64,000 nucleotides of DNA from Mytilus californianus. Lineage: Eukaryota. Below the pieces are notes generated by a model. It was given only the letters and a program-made list of their open reading frames with translations, was not told the DNA's origin and made no database searches. This document shows, piece by piece, positions 11,773-23,847 of this stretch. Position numbers and translations under genes: made by a program. Each line of letters begins with the position of its first letter. Positions within the stretch are counted from its first letter, which is position 1. The DNA is taken from the NCBI RefSeq assembly GCF_021869535.1, contig NW_026262729.1:62001-126000 (forward strand). The letters are read 5' to 3'.

Positions 11773-13539
11773 TTAGGATATAGAACATGCCGTCGACTTT
11801 TGTCCTGCGATTGTTACTTCGTAATAAGAAACCGCTCCTTGAAAACTGCTGCATAAAAGCAAGCACCTCTTGTCCTTTTCATAGAATACCCCCGTTGGGC
11901 AATCAAGTCCATCGGTTTTACTTAATAATACCTTACTCTGTTTTCCATCTGGTGATATCGCAACGACGTTGTTAGACCAACGACCGGTAACGTAGATGTG
12001 TCCCTCTTCGTCATACGTGATAGCTCGAGGGTTACGTAGATTTTCATCTTTAAATTTCCAAAGCGGTTTCCCGTCACGATCACAGCAATGAATAGTATGC
12101 GTATTCCATTCGGAATAAACAATTTGATCGTTACATACTGCAACGTACCACACATTCGAAACACTCAGCGATAAAGATACTTCAACGTTTCCTTCAAGAT
12201 CTATGAATTTTATGCCGTCTCGATGAGAAACTACCACTAGTTTCCCATCAGAAAAATCAATTCCATAACACTGACTTTCGACATCAAACCGTTGAATAGT
12301 CAATCCACTTGCCACATCGATGATAAGTATGGCATGTTCCAAAGGCACAGTCACGGCAACTCTTTGTCTTCCGAGTACAGTCAAATCCCAAGGCTGATTC
12401 GGAAGTGGTATGTCACGATTATGACCACCATCTTCATGGCAGACGATTAAACGCTTGTCGCTACAATCAACGAAAATAAATTTACCGTTTGGTAACACTG
12501 TGCAACTGGTTATATAATTATCGCGTTTTCCTTTTTTGATCGAAATGCTTCTCTTTAGTGTCAGAAGACATGTTGGTTTACGGACACCAAACACTGTTAC
12601 CGTAGCACCCTCGTTTTGATTTCTGCTATTGTTGCTCTGACGGCTTCTAGCAGATATGATTCTTACTGGATTCTTTTTTACTATTATGTCCCCAAACGAC
12701 TTTACTTCATTATACAAGGATGAAAAAGCTGGATTGAATTTAAGTTCCATATCGCGTTGTTTTAATCGTTCATCCTCATACAAATTGTGTAGCGATTTTT
12801 CCTCTTTTTCAAGTTTTGCTTCCATTTCGCACGTGGCTAGAAATGTCTTTGAATCTGATCCGAAATTCTTTATATTGCTAACATACTTGTTTATATGTTT
12901 TATACTCTTTTCAATTGTTACAAATTCTAACATGACGTCATCTAATTCGCCAATCTGTTTTTCTTCGGCTATGGTTAAGTTTACAAGAGTGTCATGTTCA
13001 ATTTTATCCAGAAATTGATTGATAGTTTTTCTTGCGTTTACTATCTCTTTCTGGATTTTTTGTCTTTGTTGTTCAATATTTTTTATATTCTCTTTACGAT
13101 TATCACGAATTGAATGTATATCGGAAGCCAGTTGTTTGCTTCTTTTTTCTAATTCGGTTAACATTCTTGGTGTTTTTAGTTGCGTTAAGTTTTCATCGAT
13201 AAAAAGTGTATTGTTACACTTAGAGTGTTTAGATGCAAGACAGCCAGTGCAACACGCACAATTATGAATAACGCAGTAATGATCAAATTTCTTTCCATGA
13301 AGACCACAAAATTCCTTCATATTTGTAACAAAATTGAGTAACTTATGGTATTCTTCTATCGGAAGCACCTCGTGTTTCTTTGTACTGCCTACAGATCTAT
13401 GATGAACTTTACAATCGGAACATAACCCTTGTTTACAAAGAGTACACCAAAGTTCAGCTGGCTGTTCCCGCATTGGACAGTACCCGCAGTTTGTAGCAAC
13501 GAGTGTACGAGGCGTTTTTCTTCCTCTTCTTGATGTCAT
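11773..13539 (-). CDS. RING-less TRIM-like protein: B-box1, B-box2, coiled coil and NHL-like 6-bladed beta-propeller; single coding exon, 588 aa
   Basis: 605-aa ORF. The likely start is ATG 13539, just inside acceptor TTTCACAG| at 13553. B-box1 is CGYC..WCTLCKQGLCSDCKVHH..KHEV and B-box2 is CGLHGKKFDHYCVIHNCACCTGC..KHSKC. A heptad-rich helix follows, then propeller repeats (PWDLTV, CYGIDF, PRAITYD, PTGVFY). AATAAA lies at 11687-11692 on the minus strand. Confidence 0.9.
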   Translation of the reverse strand: MTSRRGRKTPRTLVATNCGYCPMREQPAELWCTLCKQGLCSDCKVHHRSVGSTKKHEVLPIEEYHKLLNFVTNMKEFCGLHGKKFDHYCVIHNCACCTGCLASKHSKCNNTLFIDENLTQLKTPRMLTELEKRSKQLASDIHSIRDNRKENIKNIEQQRQKIQKEIVNARKTINQFLDKIEHDTLVNLTIAEEKQIGELDDVMLEFVTIEKSIKHINKYVSNIKNFGSDSKTFLATCEMEAKLEKEEKSLHNLYEDERLKQRDMELKFNPAFSSLYNEVKSFGDIIVKKNPVRIISARSRQSNNSRNQNEGATVTVFGVRKPTCLLTLKRSISIKKGKRDNYITSCTVLPNGKFIFVDCSDKRLIVCHEDGGHNRDIPLPNQPWDLTVLGRQRVAVTVPLEHAILIIDVASGLTIQRFDVESQCYGIDFSDGKLVVVSHRDGIKFIDLEGNVEVSLSLSVSNVWYVAVCNDQIVYSEWNTHTIHCCDRDGKPLWKFKDENLRNPRAITYDEEGHIYVTGRWSNNVVAISPDGKQSKVLLSKTDGLDCPTGVFYEKDKRCLLLCSSFQGAVSYYEVTIAGQKSTACSIS

Positions 13540-14252
13540 TGTCAGAGCGGTACTGTGAAATTTAATAGAAACAATGTACTTTTTAAACAAGAACTTCAGT
13601 GTAAATAACTAAAAATCATTCTACCAATTAAACAAAGAAATTCAATACGCACCTTTTCATTAAGAATATTTAATGGAATTAAATATCTGTACAATATATA
13701 TTTAATTTCTTTCTTTTTCATTAATATTTAGAAAAAAATCCATGTTGAATTAATATTTCTTTAATAAATTTTTTTTTTAATTGAAATAAAGTTTTATGAA
13801 ACATTTTACACAAAACAAATTTTTACACAAAACAAATTCTTACCTTCATGAAACTTTGTGTAGACTAGAATATATTTTGTTCATTGTTTCTTTAGCAAAA
13901 GAATCATTCATGGTTCGGTAACGTATTTTGTGATATGCTATTTCTTACGGAACGTCAGCCTTACGAATTTAAACCTATTAGTTTTAAGGTTTCATTCATT
14001 AACACAAAAAAATGAATGTCATATGTACTAATTTTGTTAGTTATTCAATGCACATTGCTCGTTTCGAATTTCAGATAGGAAAAGAATATCATTATTTAAT
14101 TGGCTTAAACATTTAATATTGTTTTTACCTTATGGGTTTTTCTGGATTCGTAATAAGTAATGAAAACGACAACCCTTTACATATCTGATTCAATCTAGTA
14201 TTAACTGTCCTGATAATGTTTGGGTTAGGAAATGGCAGGACATAGGTACAAA

Positions 14253-15743
14253 CTTTTGAAATACTTCATATATTTTGTCATCCCGTGGCCTTTTGTAGTA
14301 TATATACTATACGGTATTGGTTTTGTTTATTGTTGAAGGTCGCACGGTGATATGTAGTGGTTCACATCCTTGTCCTTTGGTCTTTGATACATGTTTTGTT
14401 GTGTAATTTACAATAATCATGCCTCATCTCCTTATTTGTACAAAGTGACGTCGTAAATTCCATAAAATAAAATATGTGTTTTGGCTGTTATTTCTGAAGA
14501 AGTATACCGATGAGCTAGACCAAACTGATGTGTCATTTTTATAATAACACACAATAGGCTTATTAGTTTTTACACCATTTTGGAATACATATTGTACATA
14601 GTGATAAAAGTTACTGCTCCTGCATGTAATCTCAGGGGAAAATGTCATATGCATTTTGATTTCTTTAGATGAAAATATGTGTGAAATAATTAGTTTACAG
14701 GAAAGTATTTAAATATTCATAAAAAAAAAGTAATAAGGTTTTCAAATAAGCTTACAGCACAAAATTTTTATGTATGTATATTTCGAATTGGTTTTTGAAA
14801 TGTTGCTTGTACGAACAAACCGTCTGTCCTTCCACAGCAAATTGAAATAAGGAACAGAAAAAAAATACTATAGAGACTTGCAACATAGTATGCAGGTGCT
14901 ATCTAAATTAGTCGTATCATCTGCTTCAATGTAAATGTCATATGACGTTTTTGTTAAATTCTGAAAGTTTGCATGAGGGAAATAGACCTTTCACAAGCCG
15001 CTTTTTAAATTAAGCAAGAATCCAATTAACTGTTGTCACCAATTTTGTTCATGATGATCTATTGAATTTAAACACAGATACAAATATTTGAAATAACAGT
15101 TCAATATAATTACTCTAAAGCAATACTCTGCCTTCTTCAAACGAAATACAACACAAATGCATTGTGTCATTATACTTTATCAGTGTTATTGCTTTTGTAG
15201 GAAAAGCATGATGGTAGAAATTGGCTTTACCGCAAAAAAGGATGTGACACTACTGAGTTTCGGTTTTTTTTTTTATGAGTATTTAAAAACTTTCCTTTAA
15301 ACTAATTATTTCACACATGTTTTCATCTAAAGAAATCAAAATGCACATCGCATGTCTCCCTGTAGATTACATGCCAGGAGCAGGAACTTTTATTACTATA
15401 CACGATATATATTCCAAAATGGGGTAAAAACTAATAAGCCTATTTTGTGTTGTTATAAAAATGGCACATCAGTTTGGTCTAGCTCAGCGGTATACTTCTT
15501 CAGAAAAACAGCCAAAACACAAATTTTATTTTATGGAATTTACGACGTCACTTTGTACAAATAAGGAGATGAGGCATGATTATTGTAAATTACACAACAA
15601 AACATGTACCAAAGACCAAAGGACAAGGATGTGAACCACTACATATCACCGTGCGACCTTCAACAATAAACAAAACCAATGCCGTATAGTATATATACTA
15701 CAAAAGGCCACGGGATGACAACATATATGAAGTATTTCAAAAG
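14253..15743. repeat. Large inverted duplication: two arms of about 480 bp around a spacer of about 535 bp
   Basis: 14253-14729 is the reverse complement of 15264-15743 at roughly 90% identity by eye. The mirror ORFs 14424-14654(-) and 15352-15564(+) share FQNGVKTNKPI. Confidence 0.92.
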
Positions 15744-16262
15744 TGAAAACAAATAGCCTGATTTAAACAATAACATTGAATAAAAACAATTGAATAAAAG
15801 ACAATTACATCATATATACAGCAAACAAACGATATCCACTAGACAATGGTTATTTGCTTGGGACATGTACAAAAAGAAAACGACGAGAATATGATGAAAC
15901 TTCTACTTTATGCAAATATAAACCATTTGTAGCATGACTGTTTAAGATTTGCCAATAAGTTTAATCATTATTCAAAAACAACTGTACATTTTAAAAACGA
16001 GTGGGTTATATTTTGAATATAGAAAAGTTGTCCAAGGTTTGCATCTCTGAAAACAACTAATCAGGTTATTCACAGTTAAAATCGTATTTACCAATGGATA
16101 GTTACCCAGGGTGCTAAAATCTTCTTTTGTTTAAAAGTCTTGGTAACTTTTCAGTTCATATATATATTCAAATAAGCTAATAACATATAACACATATAAT
16201 TAAGTTATTTTATTCCTTTACTTCAAAGTGACCAACTAAATGTATATGCATTTGCCCAAAAA

Positions 16263-17193
16263 TTATCCTTTTGGAGAACTGTTCGGTGATGAAGAAATAG
16301 GATCTCCTCTTGTTCGAACATCTCTAAACGGACATTTAAATTTCGGTCCAAGATCTATCCTAAATCCAGCGGCAAGTGCAGCCAGAGTTCTACCAGGAGC
16401 ATCTTCCTCATCTTTTGGGACTTCAGATGGATCAGCCCCTTGTATTGATCCCCTAGCAAATGCCGATAATTGTTTACCATCTTTCTGTCTTGACTTTGGG
16501 ATGGGGACGGGGAAATTTTCCTGTACTTCCCTTGAAATACATATATCTTGAGGACTACAGTAGAGTTCTGTTGTGTTAAGACAAACGGGACAGTCTGGTG
16601 CCGGGGCAAAATGAATCATATTAGCAACTGATTCAGAATAACCTTGCACATTTCTGAATTGTGGAATAAATCCATACCGCGGTTCAAATTTCATCAAATT
16701 TTGAGGTCTGTGTTCAATCTTTCCCTTGATAGGGTAATCCCATGCAGGATCTTGCTGGTACAATGATATCATTTGCTCTCGAAATCGCTCCCACAACATA
16801 TCAATAAATGAATGATACACAAAGTAGATCGGATCATATGCTGCTATATTCATCCGCGAGAAAGTACCATCCACCCAGACATGCACGCCTAGCGCGTGAC
16901 CTTCAAGACTATATCGTGGATCATCAAGAGGCTCAGTTATTTCAGAATGGTTAGTTTTAGACATAATTAATTCTATTGATTGTTTTGATAAAAGTGTTCC
17001 ATCGGCCCCAACATTCCGGAAAATAAGCGAACCACTAGGTGTCCTGAAATCTTTAAAAGGGCCAGTTGTTAGTTCGCCGAATCCATTTCCGAAGTATTTC
17101 GGACTCCAAACGTTAGATCTAGTAGGATCACGCATATGGAAATCAAGTGAACAGTCCCAGTAGGGAACAGGAACTCCAATTGCGGCTTCAAAT
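16263..17193 (-). CDS. Tyrosinase-like coding exon 3 (CuB region and C-terminus)
   Basis: ATTTCAG| followed by FEAAIGVPVPYWDCSLDFH, continuing into the 290-aa ORF 16263-17135. Confidence 0.92.
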
Positions 17194-20100
17194 CTGAAAT
17201 ATATAATTTCAAAAATAAGATATCAAAGGCGTAGATCTTTAAAATAAATTCGCGGAAAACCGTTTATGGCAATATTTGACGAGTACAGTGAAAATTTATG
17301 ATTCATTGTAATTTTCTATAACATTGATTGCTACGGATTTTATTTTTTCATTTTTAAAGATTGACTCCATGGCGAGAACGATTTGAAAAACATATATTGA
17401 TATTTTACAAAAAAAAAAGTATAATGATTTGATCTCTTGATTTCGAAAATAACATATTTCATGAATGAATCAAATAAATGTAATCAGATGTTCACAGATC
17501 ATTAAATTCCACCAATTACTAACTAATGAGTATACATAAAATGACATTTTTTTCTAAAATATGTCAAATATAACCGTAGTTTCTTGTCACGTCATCCTTG
17601 ACAATACAAAATACTCTTCTGCACTGAATTGATGTATTAATTTATTCGTTTAGATACAAAATGAATATAAGTTTTAAAAGATTAAACATTTTTACTCTGT
17701 GTATTTTTGTTTTATATTTGATGAGTATTTTTTACAATATATTCTATGCTCCTGCCTACGCCTTTGTAAGAACCAAATCCCTGTAAACTTTAACATATAT
17801 TTAAGTTGTGTAGTTTAGAGCTTGTCATACGGTTCTGGGCCTTTTTTGTTGTTGAGATATATAGATCTGTTTTTGACTATTATAATAATTTATGCTGTAT
17901 CATAGAGATTATCCACACACCTTCCAACTCATATCCTAAAAACAACAAACAAAACAGAAATAACAACAAGAACATCAACGAATATTAAGAATAACCGAAG
18001 TCACAGCGTAGTTATTTGTTTATTACATGTAACTACTTTCATGTGACCCAGAGTTTTTTTTTATATGTAAAACGAAACAAGATTTATTGCAATATGCAAG
18101 GCATTTATAGAACTAAATCAAACCATTAAACAATTATATTTTTACACGAAATATGTTAAGAGGGATATAAAAAAGTCATAAAGATCAGTATTTTGTTTAG
18201 GCTTTGACGTTTATGTAAAAGTTTAGGCGGCATTTTACCATGGATGAAAAAACATTCAAGTCAAACCATCTAAATCATCTGTTTATCTTCAATTGAATCA
18301 GGAATTTTAGATTTTTGACAGAATAAAATGTGAAAATTCAATCAGAAAACTTTCTCGTTTAATTTTATTCACAAATTCTCTAAATCAAAGTCTAATATAT
18401 CAAAAGAACTTTGTCAAATGAACAATCACACTGAACTCTCAAAACCATATACAACTTGTGTAAATACAAGCATGAAGGTCTACAATAGCTAAAGGAAATC
18501 TAGAAACTTTAACCAGATACGTTTATATCTTAGGCACGTGGTATGAGGTCTTATAAAGATTTCTGTTGTTAACTCCTCTGCATCTCGTAACTTTATAAAT
18601 TTCATTGTACTAAACAATCCGTATCATCTGTTGATACCAATAAATTGTACAATGTTTAAGTTAGGTAAGAGTCCAAAATTTTGGTCAAAAATGAATTCAA
18701 GTTTGTAAACAGTTTTTTTTTTTTTTACGATAAGCTTCCCTCTAAATATTTATTGGTTACTTTTGTAATATTCGTTAACTTTGCTCTCTCATGGACAAAT
18801 ATTCCACATATCATTAAAGCAATAACTAAAGACACATGCTCTCACATTTTAGATTGATTTTTCATTTCTTTGTTAAGAAACCTTTTTCTATAATCAACAC
18901 CCTACACATTAATTAAATTGTCGGTCAATTTTATTCCTAGGGAAAAACCAAGATGTGTAACTTACAAGAGTAGATAAATGCGTTGCCATGCTAAATAAGC
19001 TGGGCCACCATAAACAGATTCTAGAGCTTTTCCTGAATGAAGCGATGCTAAAACGGCATAGTCACTAATTCCATTCCTGACACTCTGAAAAGATACAAAT
19101 ATCAACAAATGGAAATGTACTAAGAGGAATGAGTACTAGTAAAACGTGGTTTATATCATACGAATACAGTATTACATTCTTATTAATAATTATATGACAC
19201 GGAAAAGGAAGTATTTATAACAATGTATGTCTCATAACAGGAACGAGTTGTATGGAATTTTAACTTGTGCATTGTTTTTCTTTTTAACTTGTGCATTGTT
19301 TTTCATTTTAACTTGTGCATTGTTTTTCTTTTAAACTTGTGCAATATTTTCCTTGCATTCTGCTGCACTTTTTAAATGATTCATTTTCGGTAAGAAAAGA
19401 ATAAACATTAAGGAAAATGTTTCGAAACATGATCAAAATATGTTTTCAATACTTAACTGATGCGATCGACTATATATCAGTCTACATGTAAATTTAACAT
19501 GCGTTCATATTTTCTAGACAGCTAATTCTTTTATGATGACTTAGTTTTCAGTTACGAAGTTACATTGATATATTTTTTAATATGTTGCACACGACAGTCA
19601 ACACGACGAATAAATCATTACAAATGAAATCCTTATTTGCAGTTGTCGGTGCTTTTAAAAATAAGGAGATGTGGTACTAGTATGATTGCCAAAGAGACAA
19701 CTATCCACCAAAGTTCAGATAAAGTGAATGTAAGCAATTATAGGCAACCGTACGGCCTTCAACAATGAGAAAAACACATACCGTATAGTCGGCTATAAAA
19801 GTCCCTGACATGAAAAATATGAAACAATACAATTGAGAAAACTATCTGCCTAATTTATACCAAAACAATTTACGAAAAACAAATATGACAGACACGAACC
19901 AAAGGCAACCACTGAACTACAGGCTCCTGAATCGGGACAGTCACATTAATAATGTGGCGGGGTTAAACATGTATGTGAGCGCTCAACCCTTTATGTCCGC
20001 TTTGTCATAAAGCTCATCAGGTATTCAGGTTTTATAAAATCGTTTCTATATAAGGTAAATACAGATAAGCGCTTTGGACGTACCAAATTTACAAAGTGTT

Positions 20101-21462
20101 CCTTATCATTGAATAAAAAGGGAGTATACTTATATCGATACTGATTTTATAAGTAAATTAGTCAAAGAAAGGCGAAAGATATCAAAGGGACATTCAAACT
20201 CAAAATCGAAAAAAAACTGACAACGCCATGGCAAAAAAAAAGAAAAAGACCAAAAGACAAACAACAGTACACAAAACACAACAAAAAAATAGAAGACTGA
20301 GCAAAATGAACTCCACCAAAATCCGGTGGTGATCTCAGGAGCTCCGGAAAGGTAAGCAGATCCTGCTCCACATGTGGCACCCGTCAGGCTGCTCATGTAA
20401 GTACAAAACCAGTGATAAGTCTTATTCGCTAGGTGATATTCGGTCACGAATTGTCAGGTCAAACGAAGAAACTAATGAAACTGTGTATAACAAAGGATTA
20501 CAAAAGATAACAGGCTCCGTGTTGAAGACCATACTTTGACTTATAATGGTTTACTTTTATAAATTTTGACTTGGATGGAGAGTTGTCTCATTGGCACTCA
20601 TACCACATCTTCTTATATCTATATATGTACTTACAGTAAAATGAGCCAGTCGTTTAGACAGGATAACAGGTATATGTACTTACAGTAAAATGAGCAAGTC
20701 GTTTAGACAAGATAACAGGTATATATGTACTTCGTACATTTTTTGTACATAAAATTAGGCCGTTAGTTTTCTCGTTTGAATTGTTTTACATTGTCATTTC
20801 AGGGCCTTTTATAGCTGACTGTGTGGTATGAGCTTTGCTCATTGTTGAAGGCCGTACGGTAACCTATAGTTGTTAATTTCTGAGTCATTTGGTCTCTTGT
20901 GGAGAGTTGTCTCATTGGCAATCATACCACATCTTCTTTTTTATATTTACAGTAAAATGAGCAAGTCGTTTAGACAAGATAACAGGTATATGTACTTACA
21001 GTAAAATGAGCAAGTCGTTTAGACAACATAACAGGTATATGTACTTACAGTAAAATTAGCAAGTCGTTTTGTTCTGTTGGCAAATCTTTCCCATACCATT
21101 TTATAATTAGGCGTCCTTACTTCGTGTCGGAGTTTATCTGGTGTTACTGTTGTTACATTGGGTTGTTGTATTGTTTGTCTTTTACTTCGGTGAGTTCGAT
21201 AGCTGCTTTCTCCAATTCGTTTTCTGAGTAACGAATTTAAGTAATTGACTGTACTTTTATCTGATCTTAAGGGTGACTTTGTGCCACGTAAAAATGTTTT
21301 AATACAACTGCTTTGCATTTTTCGAGAATGTTGTTCCCCAATGATTCCTGCATTTGACCAGAGGTCTAAACAGTCTAAAATGTCACCTGATAATGCATTT
21401 GAACAATACAGATTCACCATGAATAAAGTCAAAGTCAGCAACATATAAAATGTTTGTTTCAT
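16263..21462 (-). CDS. Secreted tyrosinase-like (type-3 copper family) protein, 3 coding exons, 487 aa, CuA site degenerate
   Basis: Exons 21049-21462, 18966-19084 and 16263-17193 have GT-AG boundaries, phases 0 and 2, and sum to 1464 nt. Features: signal peptide MKQTFYMLLTLTLFMVNLYCSNA, RSKR furin-type site, GPAYLAWQR, VPYWD, and CuB EGHALGVHVWV...AAYDPIYFVYHSFIDMLW. Confidence 0.9.
18966..19084 (-). CDS. Tyrosinase-like coding exon 2 (CuA region)
   Basis: TTTTCAG| followed by SVRNGISDYAVLASLHSGKALESVYGGPAYLAWQRIYLL, then |GTAAGT. Not in the ORF track. Confidence 0.88.
19660..19995 (+). repeat. Interspersed repeat, family A copy (tyrosinase intron)
   Basis: AAATAAGGAGATGTGG...ATGATTGCCAAAGAGACAAC...ACGGCCTTCAACAATGAG. 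Reverse-complement homolog of 11113-11437. Confidence 0.75.
20163..20415 (+). repeat. Interspersed repeat, family B (GGCGAAAGATA..AAAGGGACATTCAAACTC motif)
   Basis: Homologous copies at about 28120-28326(-), 36690-36750(-) and 63175-63335(+). Confidence 0.75.
20622..21070 (-). repeat. 49-bp minisatellite (about 5 units) spanning the tyrosinase exon-1 donor, interrupted by a family A repeat insertion at about 20733-20946
   Basis: The plus-strand unit GTACTTACAGTAAAATGAGCAAGTCGTTTAGACAAGATAACAGGTATAT starts at 20627, 20676, 20727 (split), 20992 and 21041. On the minus strand it reads ...TTTTACT|GTAAGTAC. Confidence 0.92.
21049..21462 (-). CDS. Tyrosinase-like coding exon 1 (signal and pro-peptide)
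   Basis: CTTTCAG|ATG at 21462, 138 codons, donor ACT|GTAAGT. Confidence 0.85.
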
Positions 21463-23847
21463 CTGAAAGTAAATATAGGTAAAAGTACAACTTGAAATAT
21501 AAATTAAACTTGAAGGAAAAACTTGATAAATTTGTACTGATATAAAGCCAGCATCACATTGTTAAGGATTACTTTTTACAATAGCAAAATTTTAAAACTT
21601 TGTATATATTAGGATTGGGACACGTACTCGAAATGATCTTTCCTGAAAATAGGCAATACATTGGTAAGACTAAACAATCATAGGTAAGACTAACACAATC
21701 TGTCGTATTATCCAACAGGTTGTTTTATTATAGATGTGGTATGATTGCCAATAAGACAACTCTTCATCAAATGACGTATAAGTAAGCAACTATAGGTTAC
21801 CGTACGACCTTTAACAATGAGCAAAACCCATACTGTACACTAAGCATAGTTTATTTTTAACGAAACTTCAACATCCTCCGAATTCATCAAGTCAGTTTTG
21901 ATATAACTTAGGTTATACTGATATATTGGTTTTCATCTTGCGCAGAACAATTAATCTTTTACTTGCTTTTTTCAAAGTTTTACCTTTTCAGCAGAAATAT
22001 TCATTGACATGATATGTCTAATTTATTTTGGTATCCCTTACCCCAAAGTTTGACTGGGTTTTGACAATAGACCTGTTATAAACAGGATTTTCCGTCTTAC
22101 TGTAAGATCCACACCAAAGGAAGAGTCCGCTTAATTGTGTGAGCTATAAAAATAAGCAGACAAGTGATTACCAAGCTCTATACAGTTTAAGAAACCTTTT
22201 GATAACTCTTTGAAAGGTTCGTTTGTGATTTGTAAGGCCAATATTTACCCCTACCAACCTAGCCCCCTCTTTGCAATTGTAGTCCAAATATCTAGCCCAT
22301 TGACCCTCTTTGGAGAACCCATGTAATGGATTTTTCAAGATCTTCGTCTGAGGGATGCTTCAAACATTTCCCGCTGGACTTAAAAGTAAACAACAACAAA
22401 TCTATCGTGCCTACTTTACTGTTAAGTGTTGAACCGTCACTGTTAATGATCTGTCAAAAAGTAGCTGTGTTGGACTTATTTACTTAATATAGACTGTGTT
22501 TACCTATGAGTAACCCTTTTAACATACATAGATACATTGTTCACAATTGACGCTTTGACAGATCATATTTATAATTGCTTTTACACGTTCATATATCTTA
22601 CTTTACAAGCCGATATGAAGAGAGATATTTTCGAGAATGCTACTGATTCAGACTTGGAGTACAGAATTATATAATAAAGGCTTACCTTAAATAAATTCAG
22701 GAACCATAGTTTGCTATCAAATCCGTTAATAGATACATCTTTTCCTCATATATCTGTCACGGATTGGTTTGTATGAAATGATTTAATGGTATTTATTAAT
22801 AACAATTATACATTTGTATATTAATTTGACAGTTTGTGAATTTAATTATCTTACAATTGGATGATATGTTATTGATGTGCCAAGTCATCTGCGGGACTCA
22901 ATATCTTCCCTCGGTTTTAAGTTTTATTATTACAGTCGCCCAGGTACCATCGGGTGACAGTATTCATGGGACGAGTTTACCTCCCAAAATGTCATAACAT
23001 ATGACGGGCATCTTTTATGAGCAACTTTTTGAACTGATTATGATGAAAGTGACAAGCGCAGTAAATAAAAGTTAACAAAAACTTATATTTGAACTTAATT
23101 AAGCAAACAAATAAAAGTATTGTAATTAAATTTGCAATTCAAATCAATATAATTACAAATATGTTAAATGTTTAGATAAATCATTACAATTATCTTTTAT
23201 TTTATTTTTTTTTAAAAAGGTGCACATGCACCTGCTTTCAACCGTAAATACTTAATTTTTTCCCAAATACAATGCTAATGCTTAAGAGTAGACAGGCACG
23301 GTTATATTACCATTATAGAAAGTAAGTATTGTAGCATACTTTTGGTACACAAAATGGTGATTTTCTTCTTCTTCCTTTTTTTTGGGATAATCGACTTTAT
23401 GAGCAATAAAGTTTTGTTTATTTTTTTTTCTTCTGAAGATTCCATTACTTTTAATGTGTTCACTATTTATGCTACCGCCACTTGCATGATTGATCATGTC
23501 ACATTAGTCAAAACACTTGCATATTGATGTACATGTGAAAGGTCAGGAATATGTTTTGTCTATAGCTATATTCACAATTATTGTAGGTATGTTCAGATCC
23601 CATGTGATACTATGCAGATTTGTTTGGCAACTTTCAAGTAGCGCGGAATCTCGCGGCGCAAGACAATACGATAAACCCAGAGAAATCTGAATCTCGATAT
23701 AGTATAGTGGTAATTAATTTTGGCGATCAATTCAGATGTTAGAAAATCTAATTCGAGCATAAAATATTGTATTTGTTTCCACTCTTTTCCAAGTTTGAAG
23801 AAGTTTTTTGGCATTTTAAGCACATACTTAAATGAGACACAAACCTA

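Noticed and set aside
12656-13267. Plus-strand ORFs of 120 and 82 aa
   Set aside because: Antisense shadows of the TRIM coiled-coil region.
13540-13590. N-terminal 17 aa of the 605-aa TRIM ORF
   Set aside because: It begins at a non-ATG start and crosses a good acceptor (TTTCACAG at 13553-13560), so it is probably intronic. ATG 13539 is preferred.
14424-15564. Two similar ORFs (14424-14654 -, 15352-15564 +) suggesting a small paralogous gene pair
   Set aside because: They are mirror translations of the inverted duplication, diverge by a frameshift, and have no domain or splice support.
16240-16609. ORFs 16240-16551(+) and 16355-16609(-)
   Set aside because: Antisense and alternative-frame shadows of tyrosinase exon 3.
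20130-20447. Hydrophobic ORFs here and at 28164-28358 and 63158-63442
   Set aside because: All are translations of the same family B interspersed repeat (FECPF..FRLS), not membrane proteins.
23593-23823. 76-aa minus-strand ORF upstream of tyrosinase
   Set aside because: No recognisable motif or splice linkage to the tyrosinase gene, so I cannot support a coding call.
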